The notes below the pieces were generated by a model. That model worked only from the letters and a program-made list of their open reading frames with translations. It had not been told where the DNA came from and made no database searches. The translations under genes and the position numbers were made by a program. From Candidatus Eiseniibacteriota bacterium (GTDB lineage: Bacteria; ARS69): 43,240 bases of DNA. This document shows, piece by piece, positions 10,801 to 19,509 of the stretch; positions within the stretch are counted from its first letter, which is position 1, and each line of letters begins with the position of its first letter. The stretch covers positions 1 to 43,240 of the forward strand of contig JBQTGV010000056.1 in the NCBI GenBank assembly GCA_052390515.1. The letters are read 5' to 3'.

Positions 10801-11428
10801 GCCTCACGAGCTCCCGGGGAACCGACGGCGGGTAGACGTAGAGCCAGCTCACGCTTCGGCGCTGGTCTTCCGTGGAGATGCGGCGACGAGCGTCCTCGAC
10901 GGCGCGGCGAGCCGTGGCGGCGCGCAGCCCGATCTCCACCTCGCCCACCTTCGGGCTGGCCACGGTGAGCATGAGCGCCGCGGTGCTGCCGAAGTCCTTG
11001 ACGAACGTGATCGGCCCGGCGCCATCGGGAAGGTCGCGGATCTCGTCGAGTTTGAGGCGGATGTCGTCGAATTCCTTGCCGGTGTCCCTCACGCTATCCT
11101 GCAGCTCGACGTACACGAAGGCGACGCCGACGCGCGTCGTCGAGGTGATCTCCTCGACGGTGATGTTCTCGGCGATGCGCTCCTCGATCTTCCGGGTGAC
11201 GAGCTGCTCGACCTTCTCGGCGGTCACTCCCGGCCAGGGGCAGATGGCCACGGCCATGTTCACGGGGATGTCCGGGTCCTTGCGCTGGGGCATGTTCAGG
11301 TAGCCGAAGACGCCCCAGGCGAGCGTGGCCGCGAGCACCGCCCAGGAGATGTGGCGGTTCTCGGTGAAGAAGCGCGCCGTGTTGTGCGTGTGCTCGATGT
11401 GCCAGCGGTCGGTGCGGTGAGTCGACAT
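7820..11428 (-). CDS. RND efflux transporter permease (AcrB/AcrD/AcrF family), atypically long (1202 aa)
   Basis: Two TM bundles with periplasmic loops. Motifs WPGVTAEKVEQLVT, GLLVDD, RLRPVLIT and WEPM..AQIGGL. Confidence 0.93.
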   Translation of the reverse strand: MSTHRTDRWHIEHTHNTARFFTENRHISWAVLAATLAWGVFGYLNMPQRKDPDIPVNMAVAICPWPGVTAEKVEQLVTRKIEERIAENITVEEITSTTRVGVAFVYVELQDSVRDTGKEFDDIRLKLDEIRDLPDGAGPITFVKDFGSTAALMLTVASPKVGEVEIGLRAATARRAVEDARRRISTEDQRRSVSWLYVYPPSVPRELVRRGFDGFVRYAVDHGALRDPRPFEGAGFMGVDCLSDLDDAALLATVARYIDTQLREAEFHPDAWPPILVRDPERTEECFAAAAPDKYTHRELDDFTSLIERTIQTVPQASKVDRSGVQDEAVYLSYSQERIASFGAEIGNLPDILEARNTALPGGVVEYDGRNLAIAATGEFQSEREIGDVIVATSSIGSPVYLRDLVEIIRTYESPARFLNYYTWRDASGHWQRSRAVTLAVQMRPGEQIGDFGAAVDEALARVTQRLPEDLVIARTSDQPLQVRENVDLFMTSLWEAIGLVVVIALIGFWEWRSAVLLSLSIPLTLAMTFGMMYTLGIDLQQVSIASLIIALGLLVDDPVVAGDAIKRDLAAGHPRSVAAWLGPTKLATAILFATITNIVAYLPFLLLTGNTGRFLYSLPIVLTCSLVASRLVSMTFMPLLGYYLLRGKADADPAGDGPKRGFAGWYYRTGTWAITHRWKVLAGSFVLLAAGLFLGAQLKPQFFPKDLSYLSYVDVWLPEDAPLSATQDAARLAEEIVVRVTDEYGHEHHGKEGHGDVLRSLTTFIGGGGPRFWSSVSPEPKQQNYAQIIVQLNDKHDTGHLVDRLQAAFSAEVPGARVDMRQLETSPVGLPVLIRISGDDIPTLRREAEKLKDVFRSIPTAERVQDDWGVENFVVNLDIDPDRANLAGVTNVDVAVSSLMAMNGYQVAVLREGDKQIPVVTRLRMEERAQLADLQNLYVFATQSGRRVPLRQISSTHYSMQTEKIARQNQFRTISVACFPVAGVLPSEVLTEAFPAIRQFEAELPPGFKMEIGGEHEEQTSGFGELAVVMATSIAMIFMALVVQFRNAVKPLIVFAAIPYGMVGALGALWIMGAPFGFMAFLGVASLVGVIVSHVIVLFDFIEEERLRGAPLIEALLEAGIVRLRPVLITVGATVFALFPLAAHGGPLWEPMCYAQIGGLSVATFITLLLVPVLYAIFVLDLKMVKWEPGEGGDERAGGAA

Positions 11429-11443
11429 TCTGCTCCCCGGGCG

Positions 11444-12535
11444 TCAGGGAATGACGCGGATGGCGGAACCGTCGATGACCAGCGTGGAGCCCCGGACGAT
11501 GACCGTCTCGCCGCCCTGCAGTCCGTCGAGCACGACGACGGAGTTTCCCACCACGTCGCCCAGCGTGACGCGGCGCGCGCGCGCAACGGGCTCGCCGCCG
11601 GCGCCGTCGACCACGAAGACGGCGTAGCCCTCGGTGGCGCCGCGCGGCCGGACGATGGTGCTGATCGGTACCTTCATCACCGGCCCCTCCGTCTCGTCGG
11701 CGCCGAGCTGCAGCGCCGCCACCATGCCCACCTTGAGCCGGTTGTCGCCGTTGGGGATGGTGCACTCGACCTCGAAGACGCGGCTGGTGGCGTCGGCGGA
11801 GGGAGCGATGCGCGTGACCTGCCCGCGGAGCTCGATGCCGGGCATCGCTTCGGTCGTGACCATCTGGATCTCGCCCATGCGCATCCGGCCGACGAGCACG
11901 TCGGGCACGCCGAACACGGCCTTCACCGAGCGAGTGTCGGCGAGAACGAACGCCGCGGTCCCCGGATTCGCCAGGGTTCCCACTTCGATGTTCCGCTTCA
12001 GCAGCCATCCGTCCATGGGCGCGACCAGTCGGCAGTCGTCGAGCGCCTGCACGGCCTGGGCGTGACGCGCCTGCGCCGCGGTCAGACCGGCGTGGCTCGC
12101 GTCGTAGTCGGCCTTGGCGATGGACTGGTTCTCGTAGAGACGCACCGCGCGGTTGAAGTCGGCCCGCGCCTGCGTGAGGGCGGCATCCGCCTCGGTGACG
12201 CGGTCGCGGTACTCGTTGTCGCGCACGCGCGCGAGCACGGTGCCGCGGCGGACGAAATCGCCCTCCTGGACGTGGCGCTGCCGCCCGTCGGCGCCGTTGG
12301 TGCTCAGGATCTCCTCGACGTAGCCGCCGGCCTTGAAGGCCAGGTCGACCTCCACGTCGGGCCGGATGTTCGCGGAGTACCGCAGGTTGCCGCCCCCGGA
12401 GGAGGCCGCGACGGTCCATACCGTGACCGGCACGGGCGGCGGAGTGTGGATCTCCTCTCCGCCGCAGCCGGCGCAGGTGATCGCCACCGCCGCGGCCAGC
12501 CGGCGGCGCATCGCAGCTCGAGCGGGGTTCATCAT
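11444..12535 (-). CDS. RND periplasmic adaptor subunit (membrane fusion protein), probable lipoprotein
   Basis: GAGGAG SD before ATG 12535. Lipoyl halves (VQEGDFVRRGTVLAR; LVAPMDG), a coiled coil, and C-terminal GLQGGETVIVRG. Confidence 0.9.
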   Translation of the reverse strand: MMNPARAAMRRRLAAAVAITCAGCGGEEIHTPPPVPVTVWTVAASSGGGNLRYSANIRPDVEVDLAFKAGGYVEEILSTNGADGRQRHVQEGDFVRRGTVLARVRDNEYRDRVTEADAALTQARADFNRAVRLYENQSIAKADYDASHAGLTAAQARHAQAVQALDDCRLVAPMDGWLLKRNIEVGTLANPGTAAFVLADTRSVKAVFGVPDVLVGRMRMGEIQMVTTEAMPGIELRGQVTRIAPSADATSRVFEVECTIPNGDNRLKVGMVAALQLGADETEGPVMKVPISTIVRPRGATEGYAVFVVDGAGGEPVARARRVTLGDVVGNSVVVLDGLQGGETVIVRGSTLVIDGSAIRVIP

Positions 12536-12564
12536 CGTCTCCTCGTGGTGTCCTCGTTCTCGTC

Positions 12565-14949
12565 TCAGGGACGCGGCGAAAGGCCGGCCCGCCGGTAATG
12601 ATCGTCCAGCCGCTCGAAGTACGCGCTTCGCTCGGGCGCATCCTGCAGGAAGTGGAACCGGCCGACGGCGCGCTCGACCTGCATCAGGTCGGCGAGAAAG
12701 TCGTAGGTCGCGCTGGCGGCGGACTGCTCCGCGACCAGCAGCGCGCTCTGCGCATCGATCAGGGTGATGACCGACGCGACGCCGCTGCCATACGACTCGG
12801 TGACGATCTCGAGGTTGCTGCGCGCCGCGGTGGCGGCCGCACGAGCCTGCTCGATTCCCGCGAAGGATGCGCCGCCGACGTGGAGCGCGCTGCGCACGCG
12901 CTGGGCGATGCCGGCCGCCAGCGACTCCCTCTCGAAGGCCAGCCGCTCCAGGTCGAGCGTCGTCTCCCGGAGCGCGGCATGCCGCGCGAACCCGGTGAAG
13001 AGGGGCAGGGACAGGCCGAGCTCGACGGACCAGTTGAGCGAAGGCTGCGGCGAGAACGGCGGCGGGGGGTCTCCGGAGCCGGCACCATCCTTGTCGAACA
13101 GGTAGCTGACTCCGCCCTGCAAGTCGACGTCGGGAAGCCAGAACGCCCTTCGCGCCGCGGTCTGCGCCCGCTTCCGCGCGGCGATGGAAGCGTCGAGCCG
13201 GCGGAGCTCGGGAGACGCGGTCCAGCCTTCGGCGACCATGAAGTCGCGGAACGCCGCGAACGTCTGCGGATTCCCGAAGTAGTCGAAGAGTCTCGGTTCT
13301 CCGGTGATGAGGTCGGGATCGTCGACGGCCACGTCCTCCGCGGCGAACGCCTCCTCCAGGGGCCGGTTCAGCAGCCGGTTCAGCTCGATCCGCGTAACTT
13401 CCACGCCGGCGTCGGCGTCGAGCACGTTCCTGCGGTTCGTCGCCACCTCGCTCTCCCAGCGGTGCACGTCCGAGCGCCCCGAAGCGCCGATCGTCTCGCG
13501 GACGCGGGCGAGGTCGAGGTTGGAGAGCGAGAGCTGGAGGTTCGCTCGCTGGACCCGCGCGACCGTCATGGACCGGAGCAGGTCCAGGTAGGCGATCGCC
13601 GCGTCGAACGCAACGTCCAGCTCGGTGGCGCGCAGCTCGGCGCCACGGCCCTCGTGAAGATGCCGCTCGATCGCATAGCGCGACCGCGCCTCCTCCGAGT
13701 ACAGGGACTGCTGCCAGGCGATGGTGCCGTCGAGCACGCGCTCCGGCTGCGAGCCGAGGCCGGACTCGGCGGTCTCCTCCCGGACCAGCGTCCCGGACGC
13801 GGCGGCGCCGATCTGCGGCAGCAACGGGGCGCGCGCACTGCGCACGCTCTCCTTCCCGGCGTCGAGCTGCTTCCTCGCCGCCATCACGTCGGAGTTGACG
13901 CGCAGCGCCTCGCGCACGCAGCTCACCAGGGTGAGCCTGCGGCTCCCCGCGTCCGCCTCCGCGTGAACGAGCTCGGCCTCGGTCAGCACCGGCCAGGAAG
14001 GGGAGAACCCGATCTCCCGCGCGGTGCGCATGTTGAGCGTCAGCTGCGAAGTGCGGGAGAACTGAACGTCGATCCGCGCGGGGTCCTCGCCTCCGAGGAT
14101 GCGCTGAGCGTTCGTCGCCGCGCGACGTGAGCGACGCACGATGTCGTCCGCCGGCGCGAAGGCCGCCAGCAGGCCCCGGTCCACCTCCTCCCGGCCGACG
14201 GCCGAGAAGGTGGGCAGCTTCCGCTCGTTCAGCCCGGCGACGAGGACATCGAACTCGCTTCGCGGGAGCTGCAGCAGCGGCGTGACGTAGACCGCGTCGG
14301 CCTCGGGCGGGAGCGCCGCCAGGGCGCTCGCAGCGGAAGTGGTCACCGGCACGAAGACGAGCCGGCCGCCGAGCCCCTCCGCCTCCCGCTGCGCGATGTC
14401 CTGCAGCACCGGGACGGCGTCCAGGATGCCGGGGCTGAGAAGGACGGCGAGCGTCCGGTACGGCACGACGCTGCGAAACTGCTCCAGCGTCCGGCGGACG
14501 GAGTGCTGTTCGTCGAGGTAGGTGAGGTTCGTAGCGCCGCTGGACCCGTTGTCGCGGGGAAAGCCCTGCAGCTCGGCGTCGATGACGAAACAGGCCACGG
14601 CGGGAACGCGTGGTGTTCCGGTGGTCGCTATCACGTGGGAGGCCAGCGGACCGAGCGCGAGCAAGATGTCGGCGTCGGGAGCGGCCATCGCGCGCTCCAC
14701 CGCCGCGCGAGCGCCCGGAAGCGTCCAGTCGCCCTCGGTCGATCCGTCGAAGCGGACGCGGTGCTCGAACGCGAAGAAGTCGGTGATCTGCCGCTCGAAC
14801 TCGGTGCGGATCTCCGAGCTGCGGTCCGAGGGGCCGTCGAGTACGAGGGCGATCTGGATCTCGGGGAGGTCGGGGCTCTGCGCGAACGCCGCGGAGCCGA
14901 AGACGAGCGATCCCGCCGTCGCGAGGAACGCACGGCACGGAGAGATCAC
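12565..14949 (-). CDS. Fusion protein: N-terminal ABC-type substrate-binding domain (ABC_sub_bind-like) plus C-terminal TolC-family outer-membrane factor
   Basis: Signal peptide ending AFA-Q. SBP-type motif RILGGEDPARIDV..LTLNMRTAREIG. TolC motifs LTL..CVREALRVN, LLPQI, AYLDLL, FWLPDV, LSLPLFTG and SYGSGVASVITLIDAQ. GTG 14949 with a GAGAGGG SD was preferred over 15012. Confidence 0.85.
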   Translation of the reverse strand: MISPCRAFLATAGSLVFGSAAFAQSPDLPEIQIALVLDGPSDRSSEIRTEFERQITDFFAFEHRVRFDGSTEGDWTLPGARAAVERAMAAPDADILLALGPLASHVIATTGTPRVPAVACFVIDAELQGFPRDNGSSGATNLTYLDEQHSVRRTLEQFRSVVPYRTLAVLLSPGILDAVPVLQDIAQREAEGLGGRLVFVPVTTSAASALAALPPEADAVYVTPLLQLPRSEFDVLVAGLNERKLPTFSAVGREEVDRGLLAAFAPADDIVRRSRRAATNAQRILGGEDPARIDVQFSRTSQLTLNMRTAREIGFSPSWPVLTEAELVHAEADAGSRRLTLVSCVREALRVNSDVMAARKQLDAGKESVRSARAPLLPQIGAAASGTLVREETAESGLGSQPERVLDGTIAWQQSLYSEEARSRYAIERHLHEGRGAELRATELDVAFDAAIAYLDLLRSMTVARVQRANLQLSLSNLDLARVRETIGASGRSDVHRWESEVATNRRNVLDADAGVEVTRIELNRLLNRPLEEAFAAEDVAVDDPDLITGEPRLFDYFGNPQTFAAFRDFMVAEGWTASPELRRLDASIAARKRAQTAARRAFWLPDVDLQGGVSYLFDKDGAGSGDPPPPFSPQPSLNWSVELGLSLPLFTGFARHAALRETTLDLERLAFERESLAAGIAQRVRSALHVGGASFAGIEQARAAATAARSNLEIVTESYGSGVASVITLIDAQSALLVAEQSAASATYDFLADLMQVERAVGRFHFLQDAPERSAYFERLDDHYRRAGLSPRP

Positions 14950-15187
14950 TACGACGGCCCTCTCGCACGTACGGGAGCGGAGACGTTCCGTATCTTGCGC
15001 GGATACTAGCAACGCTCGGGGGCGGCGCCAAGACGGCGACCGGGCGATGACTGGGCTGCCGTCGAGCTCACGGGGACGGTAAACTCGATAGGCAGGTCAG
15101 GAAGCCCGGTCGGGGAGACCTTGCGTGGCGGAGGATCCCGGCGGGCGCTACAGTGTTGACCCGGCATCGGAAAGGGGAGCGCACCGA

Positions 15188-16207
15188 GTGACGCAGTGCC
15201 GGCGAGCCGTCGTTCTCAGCGCACCGCTCCTCCTCCTCCCCGTGACCGCGGCGGCGGTCGGCGTCGTTGTGGCCGAGGCCACGCTGGTGAGCTTCCCGCT
15301 GACCGTCGAGGGTCTGGGCACCGCCCAGGCGAACGAGTCCGTCGAGATCCGCCCGCAGATCGCCGCGACGGTGACGCGCGTGCACTTCGACGAGGGGCAT
15401 CACGTGAAGGCCGGGGCCGTGCTCCTGGAGCTGCATGACGCCGAGGCGCTCGCCGCCGTCGCCGCGGCCAAGGCGGCGCTAGTCGATTCGGAAGCGCGCT
15501 TCCGGCGCGCGCAGGAGCTGTTCAAGTCCGAGCTGGCCTCCGCGTCGGAGCTCGAGACCCTGGAGGCTCGCCGCGACGCGGATCGCGCGGCGCTGGACGC
15601 GGCGGCGAGCCGCCTCAACGAGACCGTTGTGCGTGCTCCGTTCGCGGGGCGTGTGGGCCTGCGCAGGGTCAGCGTGGGCGCGCTGGTCGGGCCCGCCACG
15701 GTGATCACCACGCTCGACGATACCGATCCCATCAAGCTCGACTTCGACGTTCCGGAGACAGCGCTGGGTCGGCTCGCCGTCGGACTGCCGGTCGTCGCGC
15801 GGAGCGCCGCGTGGCCCGACTCCGCCTTCGAGGGCAACGTGGCGTCGATCGACACGCGCGTCGATCCGGTGAGCCGGACCGTGAAGGTGCGCGCACTGGT
15901 CCCGAATCCGCGAGACTTGCTCCGGCCGGGGATGTTCCTCACCGTGAACCTGATGCGCCGGGACGTCACCGCGCTCATGGTCCCGGAACAGTCCATCGTT
16001 CCCGAACAGAGCGAACAGTTCGTGTACGTGGTGGGGGAGGACGGCACGGTGCAGAAGCGCCGCGTGTCGACGGGGCGTCGCCGGCCGGGACAGGTGGAGG
16101 TGCTCACCGGGCTGGAGGCGGGAGAGACGGTCGTCGCCGAGGGGACGCAGAAGGTCCAGCCAGGAACCGCGGTCGAGATCGTCGGCAAGATCGAGGTGAG
16201 CTCGTGA
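15188..16207 (+). CDS. RND periplasmic adaptor subunit (MFP)
   Basis: AAGGGGAG SD before GTG 15188. Motifs FDEGHHVKAGAVL, VRAPFAGRVG, LRPGMF and GLEAGETVV. Confidence 0.9.
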   Translation: MTQCRRAVVLSAPLLLLPVTAAAVGVVVAEATLVSFPLTVEGLGTAQANESVEIRPQIAATVTRVHFDEGHHVKAGAVLLELHDAEALAAVAAAKAALVDSEARFRRAQELFKSELASASELETLEARRDADRAALDAAASRLNETVVRAPFAGRVGLRRVSVGALVGPATVITTLDDTDPIKLDFDVPETALGRLAVGLPVVARSAAWPDSAFEGNVASIDTRVDPVSRTVKVRALVPNPRDLLRPGMFLTVNLMRRDVTALMVPEQSIVPEQSEQFVYVVGEDGTVQKRRVSTGRRRPGQVEVLTGLEAGETVVAEGTQKVQPGTAVEIVGKIEVSS

Positions 16208-19200
16208 TCCTCTCGGATCTCTCGATCAGACGGCCGGTCTTCGCCAGCGTGCTGTCCCTGCTGCTGGTCATCCTCGGCCTGGTCGCGCTGACGAGACTGC
16301 CGGTCCGACAGTATCCGGACATCGATCCGCCCGTCGTCTCCATCGAGACCACCTACCGCGGTGCCTCCGCGGAGGTGATCGAGACGAAGGTCACGCAGGT
16401 GATCGAGGACCGCATCGCCGGCCTGGAGGGCATCGAGAAGCTGACGTCGTCGAGCAGCGACGAGACCTCGTCGATCCGCGTGGAGTTCAGCCTGGACAGG
16501 AAGGTGGACGAGGCGGCGAACGACATCCGCGACCGCGTCTCCCGGGTGGTGAGCCAGCTGCCCGACGAGGCCGATCCACCCGAGATCGCCAAGGTGGACA
16601 GCGACACCCAGGCGGTGCTGTTCCTGAACCTCACGTCCGACCACATGTCCGGGCTGGAGATCACCGACTACGCGGAGCGCTTCCTGGTGGATCGCTTCTC
16701 CTCCGTGCCCGGGGTCGCGCGGGTGCGCATCTCCGGTGCGCGCCGCTACGCGATGCGGGTCTGGCTGGACCGCTACGCGCTGGCTGCGCACGGTCTGACG
16801 GTCGCGGAGGTGGAGTCGGCGCTGCGTGCCGAGAACGTGGAGCTGCCCGCCGGCCGCTTGGAGTCCACCGACCGCGAGTTCACGCTGCGCACCGACACCG
16901 GGTTCACCACCGCGCAGGACTTCCGCCGGCTCGTGGTCGGCCGGGGTGCCGCCGGCCAGATCGTGCACCTCGGCGAGGTGGCGGACGTGCGCGTGGGCGC
17001 GGAGAACGAGCGCAACCTCGCCCGGGCCAACGGGACGCCGGCGGTGACGCTGGGCATCGAGCAGCTGTCCAAGGCGAACACGGTCGAGGTCTCGCGGGGC
17101 GTCCGCGCCGAGGTCGAGCGCGTGGCCGGCGACCTTCCCGAGGGAATGCGCATCGAGGTCAACTACGACCGCGCCGAGTTCATCGAGCGGTCCATGCACG
17201 AGGTGGTGAAGGCGCTGGTCATCGCCATCATCCTGGTGCTGGTGGTGATCTACCTGTTCCTCGGCAACGTGCGCGCCACGCTGGTGCCCGCCGTGGTCGT
17301 GCCGGTGTCGGTGATCGCCACGTTCCTGGTGATGAGCGCGCTCGGTTACACCATCAACACGCTGACGCTGCTCGGCCTGGTCCTGGCGATCGGGCTCGTG
17401 GTGGACGATTCCATCATCGTGCTGGAGAACATCTACCGGCGCATCGAGGAGGGGCGTCCGCCGCTGCTCGCCGCGCTGGAGGGATCGCGGGAGATCGCGT
17501 TCGCCGTGATCGCCACGACGCTCGTGCTGATCGCCGTGTTCCTGCCTCTCTCCTTCATCCGGGGCGACATCGGCCGGCTCTTCGGCGAGTTCGGGATCAC
17601 GCTGGGCGCGGCGGTGGCGTTCTCCGGACTCGTGGCGCTCACGCTCTCCCCGATGATGTGCTCCCGACTCTTCCGCGGCGGGGAGGGGCGAGCAGGGCTC
17701 GCGTCCCGAGTGGACGCGTTCTTCCGCCGGCTCGCGGCCGGCTATCGCCGGCTGCTGACCTGGACCGTGCGCCGGCCGGCGCTCCCGCTGGCTGCGACGC
17801 TCTTGGTCGGCGTCCTCGCCTTCGTGCTGTACCGGGTCATTCCCGACGAGTACGCGCCCAAGGAGGACCGCGGCATGGTCTCGGTGGTGATGCGCGGTCC
17901 GGAGGGCGCGACCTTCGAGTACACGGATCGCTACGCGCGGCAGATGGAGACGATCCTTCTGGAGGAGATCGAGACCGGCCCGGTGAAGCGCGTGCTGCTG
18001 CGCATCCCGTCCAGCTTCGGATCGACCGGAGAGGTGAACTCGGCGCGAGCCACGGTGATCCTGGACGACTGGAGCGAGCGGGACGAGGGAGCCGAGGAAA
18101 TCGCCGCGCGCATCCGGCAGAAGCTCGACGCGCTTCCCGGCGTGCGCGTTTCGGTGACCACGGCGCAGGCCCTGGGGGTCCGCACGGACGGCCGTCCGGT
18201 CAAGATGGTGCTCGGCGGGCCCGACTACGAGCGCCTCCGGGAGTGGCGGGACGCCTCCCTCGCGGCGATGAACGAGATGCCGGAGCTCGTCGACACGGAC
18301 AGCAACTACCAGGAGCGGAAGCCGCAGATGAAGGTGGGCGTGGACCGGGCACGCGCGGCGTCGCTCGGAGTCTCGCTCGCCAGCGTGGGCCGGACGCTCG
18401 AGTCGATGCTGGGCTCGCGCACTGTCACGAAGTACGTCGATCGCGGGCGCGAGTACGACGTCATCCTGCAAGGTCAGGACGCGGACCGCTCCAGCCCCGA
18501 CGACCTCGCCAACCTCTACGTGCGCGCGGAGAACGGCGGGCTCGTGCCGCTGGCCAACCTCGTCACCCTGGCCGAGGAGGCCGGGCCGGACGAGCTCAGC
18601 CGCTTCGACCGCATGCGCGCCGTCACGGTGGAGGCCGGGCTCGCCGAGGGAGTGAGCCTCGGCCAGGCGGTGGACCGGCTGGAGGAGAAGGCTCATGAGG
18701 TCCTTCCGGCGAGCGCGCGCATCGGCTGGGACGGAGAGGCCCGCGAGTACAGAAGGACGGGCGGCACGCTCTCGGCGACCTTCCTGCTGGCACTGGCCAT
18801 CGTCTTCCTGGTGCTGGCGGCCCAGTTCGAGAGCTTCGTGCACCCCATCGTCATCCTGGTGACGGTGCCGCTGGCCATCACGGGCGCGCTGATCGGCGTG
18901 TGGGCCCACGGCGCCACCATGAACGTGTTCACGCAGATCGGCGGGATCCTGCTGATCGGGCTCTCCGCGAAGAACGGGGTTCTGATCGTCGAGTTCGCCA
19001 ACCAGCTCCGGGATCGGGGGATGGCCTTCCACGAGGCGATCGTGGAGGCGTCCGCCATCCGGCTGCGTCCGATCCTCATGACCAGCGCCGCCACGACGTT
19101 CGGGGCGGTGCCGCTCCTGCTCGCGCACGGTCCGGGCTCGGAGTCGCAGCAGCCGATCGGCATCGTCGTGGTATTCGGCGTGACCATCTCCGCGGTGCTG

Positions 19201-19341
19201 ACGCTCTTCGCCGTACCGGCCTTCTACGCGGTGGTGGCGCGGAACACCCGCTCCCCGCAGCACGTGACCCGGCTGATCGCGAGGCTCCGGGGCGAGGAGG
19301 CGGCGGTCGCGCAGTCCCCCAGCGGCTCCCCGGCCGGCTGA
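16204..19341 (+). CDS. RND efflux transporter permease (AcrB family, MexI/MexW-like)
   Basis: GTGA overlap with the MFP stop. Canonical motifs IRRPVFA, GLVVDDSIIVLENI, GLSAKNGVLIVEFA and RLRPILMT. Confidence 0.94.
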   Translation: MILSDLSIRRPVFASVLSLLLVILGLVALTRLPVRQYPDIDPPVVSIETTYRGASAEVIETKVTQVIEDRIAGLEGIEKLTSSSSDETSSIRVEFSLDRKVDEAANDIRDRVSRVVSQLPDEADPPEIAKVDSDTQAVLFLNLTSDHMSGLEITDYAERFLVDRFSSVPGVARVRISGARRYAMRVWLDRYALAAHGLTVAEVESALRAENVELPAGRLESTDREFTLRTDTGFTTAQDFRRLVVGRGAAGQIVHLGEVADVRVGAENERNLARANGTPAVTLGIEQLSKANTVEVSRGVRAEVERVAGDLPEGMRIEVNYDRAEFIERSMHEVVKALVIAIILVLVVIYLFLGNVRATLVPAVVVPVSVIATFLVMSALGYTINTLTLLGLVLAIGLVVDDSIIVLENIYRRIEEGRPPLLAALEGSREIAFAVIATTLVLIAVFLPLSFIRGDIGRLFGEFGITLGAAVAFSGLVALTLSPMMCSRLFRGGEGRAGLASRVDAFFRRLAAGYRRLLTWTVRRPALPLAATLLVGVLAFVLYRVIPDEYAPKEDRGMVSVVMRGPEGATFEYTDRYARQMETILLEEIETGPVKRVLLRIPSSFGSTGEVNSARATVILDDWSERDEGAEEIAARIRQKLDALPGVRVSVTTAQALGVRTDGRPVKMVLGGPDYERLREWRDASLAAMNEMPELVDTDSNYQERKPQMKVGVDRARAASLGVSLASVGRTLESMLGSRTVTKYVDRGREYDVILQGQDADRSSPDDLANLYVRAENGGLVPLANLVTLAEEAGPDELSRFDRMRAVTVEAGLAEGVSLGQAVDRLEEKAHEVLPASARIGWDGEAREYRRTGGTLSATFLLALAIVFLVLAAQFESFVHPIVILVTVPLAITGALIGVWAHGATMNVFTQIGGILLIGLSAKNGVLIVEFANQLRDRGMAFHEAIVEASAIRLRPILMTSAATTFGAVPLLLAHGPGSESQQPIGIVVVFGVTISAVLTLFAVPAFYAVVARNTRSPQHVTRLIARLRGEEAAVAQSPSGSPAG

Positions 19342-19509
19342 GGGGCGCCCCGCCCCGTCGCGTGGGCCGGTTCGGTCAGACCCCGCGCCGGCGCTCGATC
19401 GCGGCCGCGCCGGCCGGCGACCCAACGAATCCCCGCTCCGTGCGACCAGGTCTTCAGCGAGCCGGTACCCCGGCGTCGAACCTCGCCGCTCTGCCACGGA
19501 GGTGGATCC

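Noticed and set aside
11444-15031. Apparent 1195-aa MFP ORF
   Set aside because: Only the last 363 aa are MFP-like and have their own SD. The upstream part is an alternative frame of the SBP-TolC gene.
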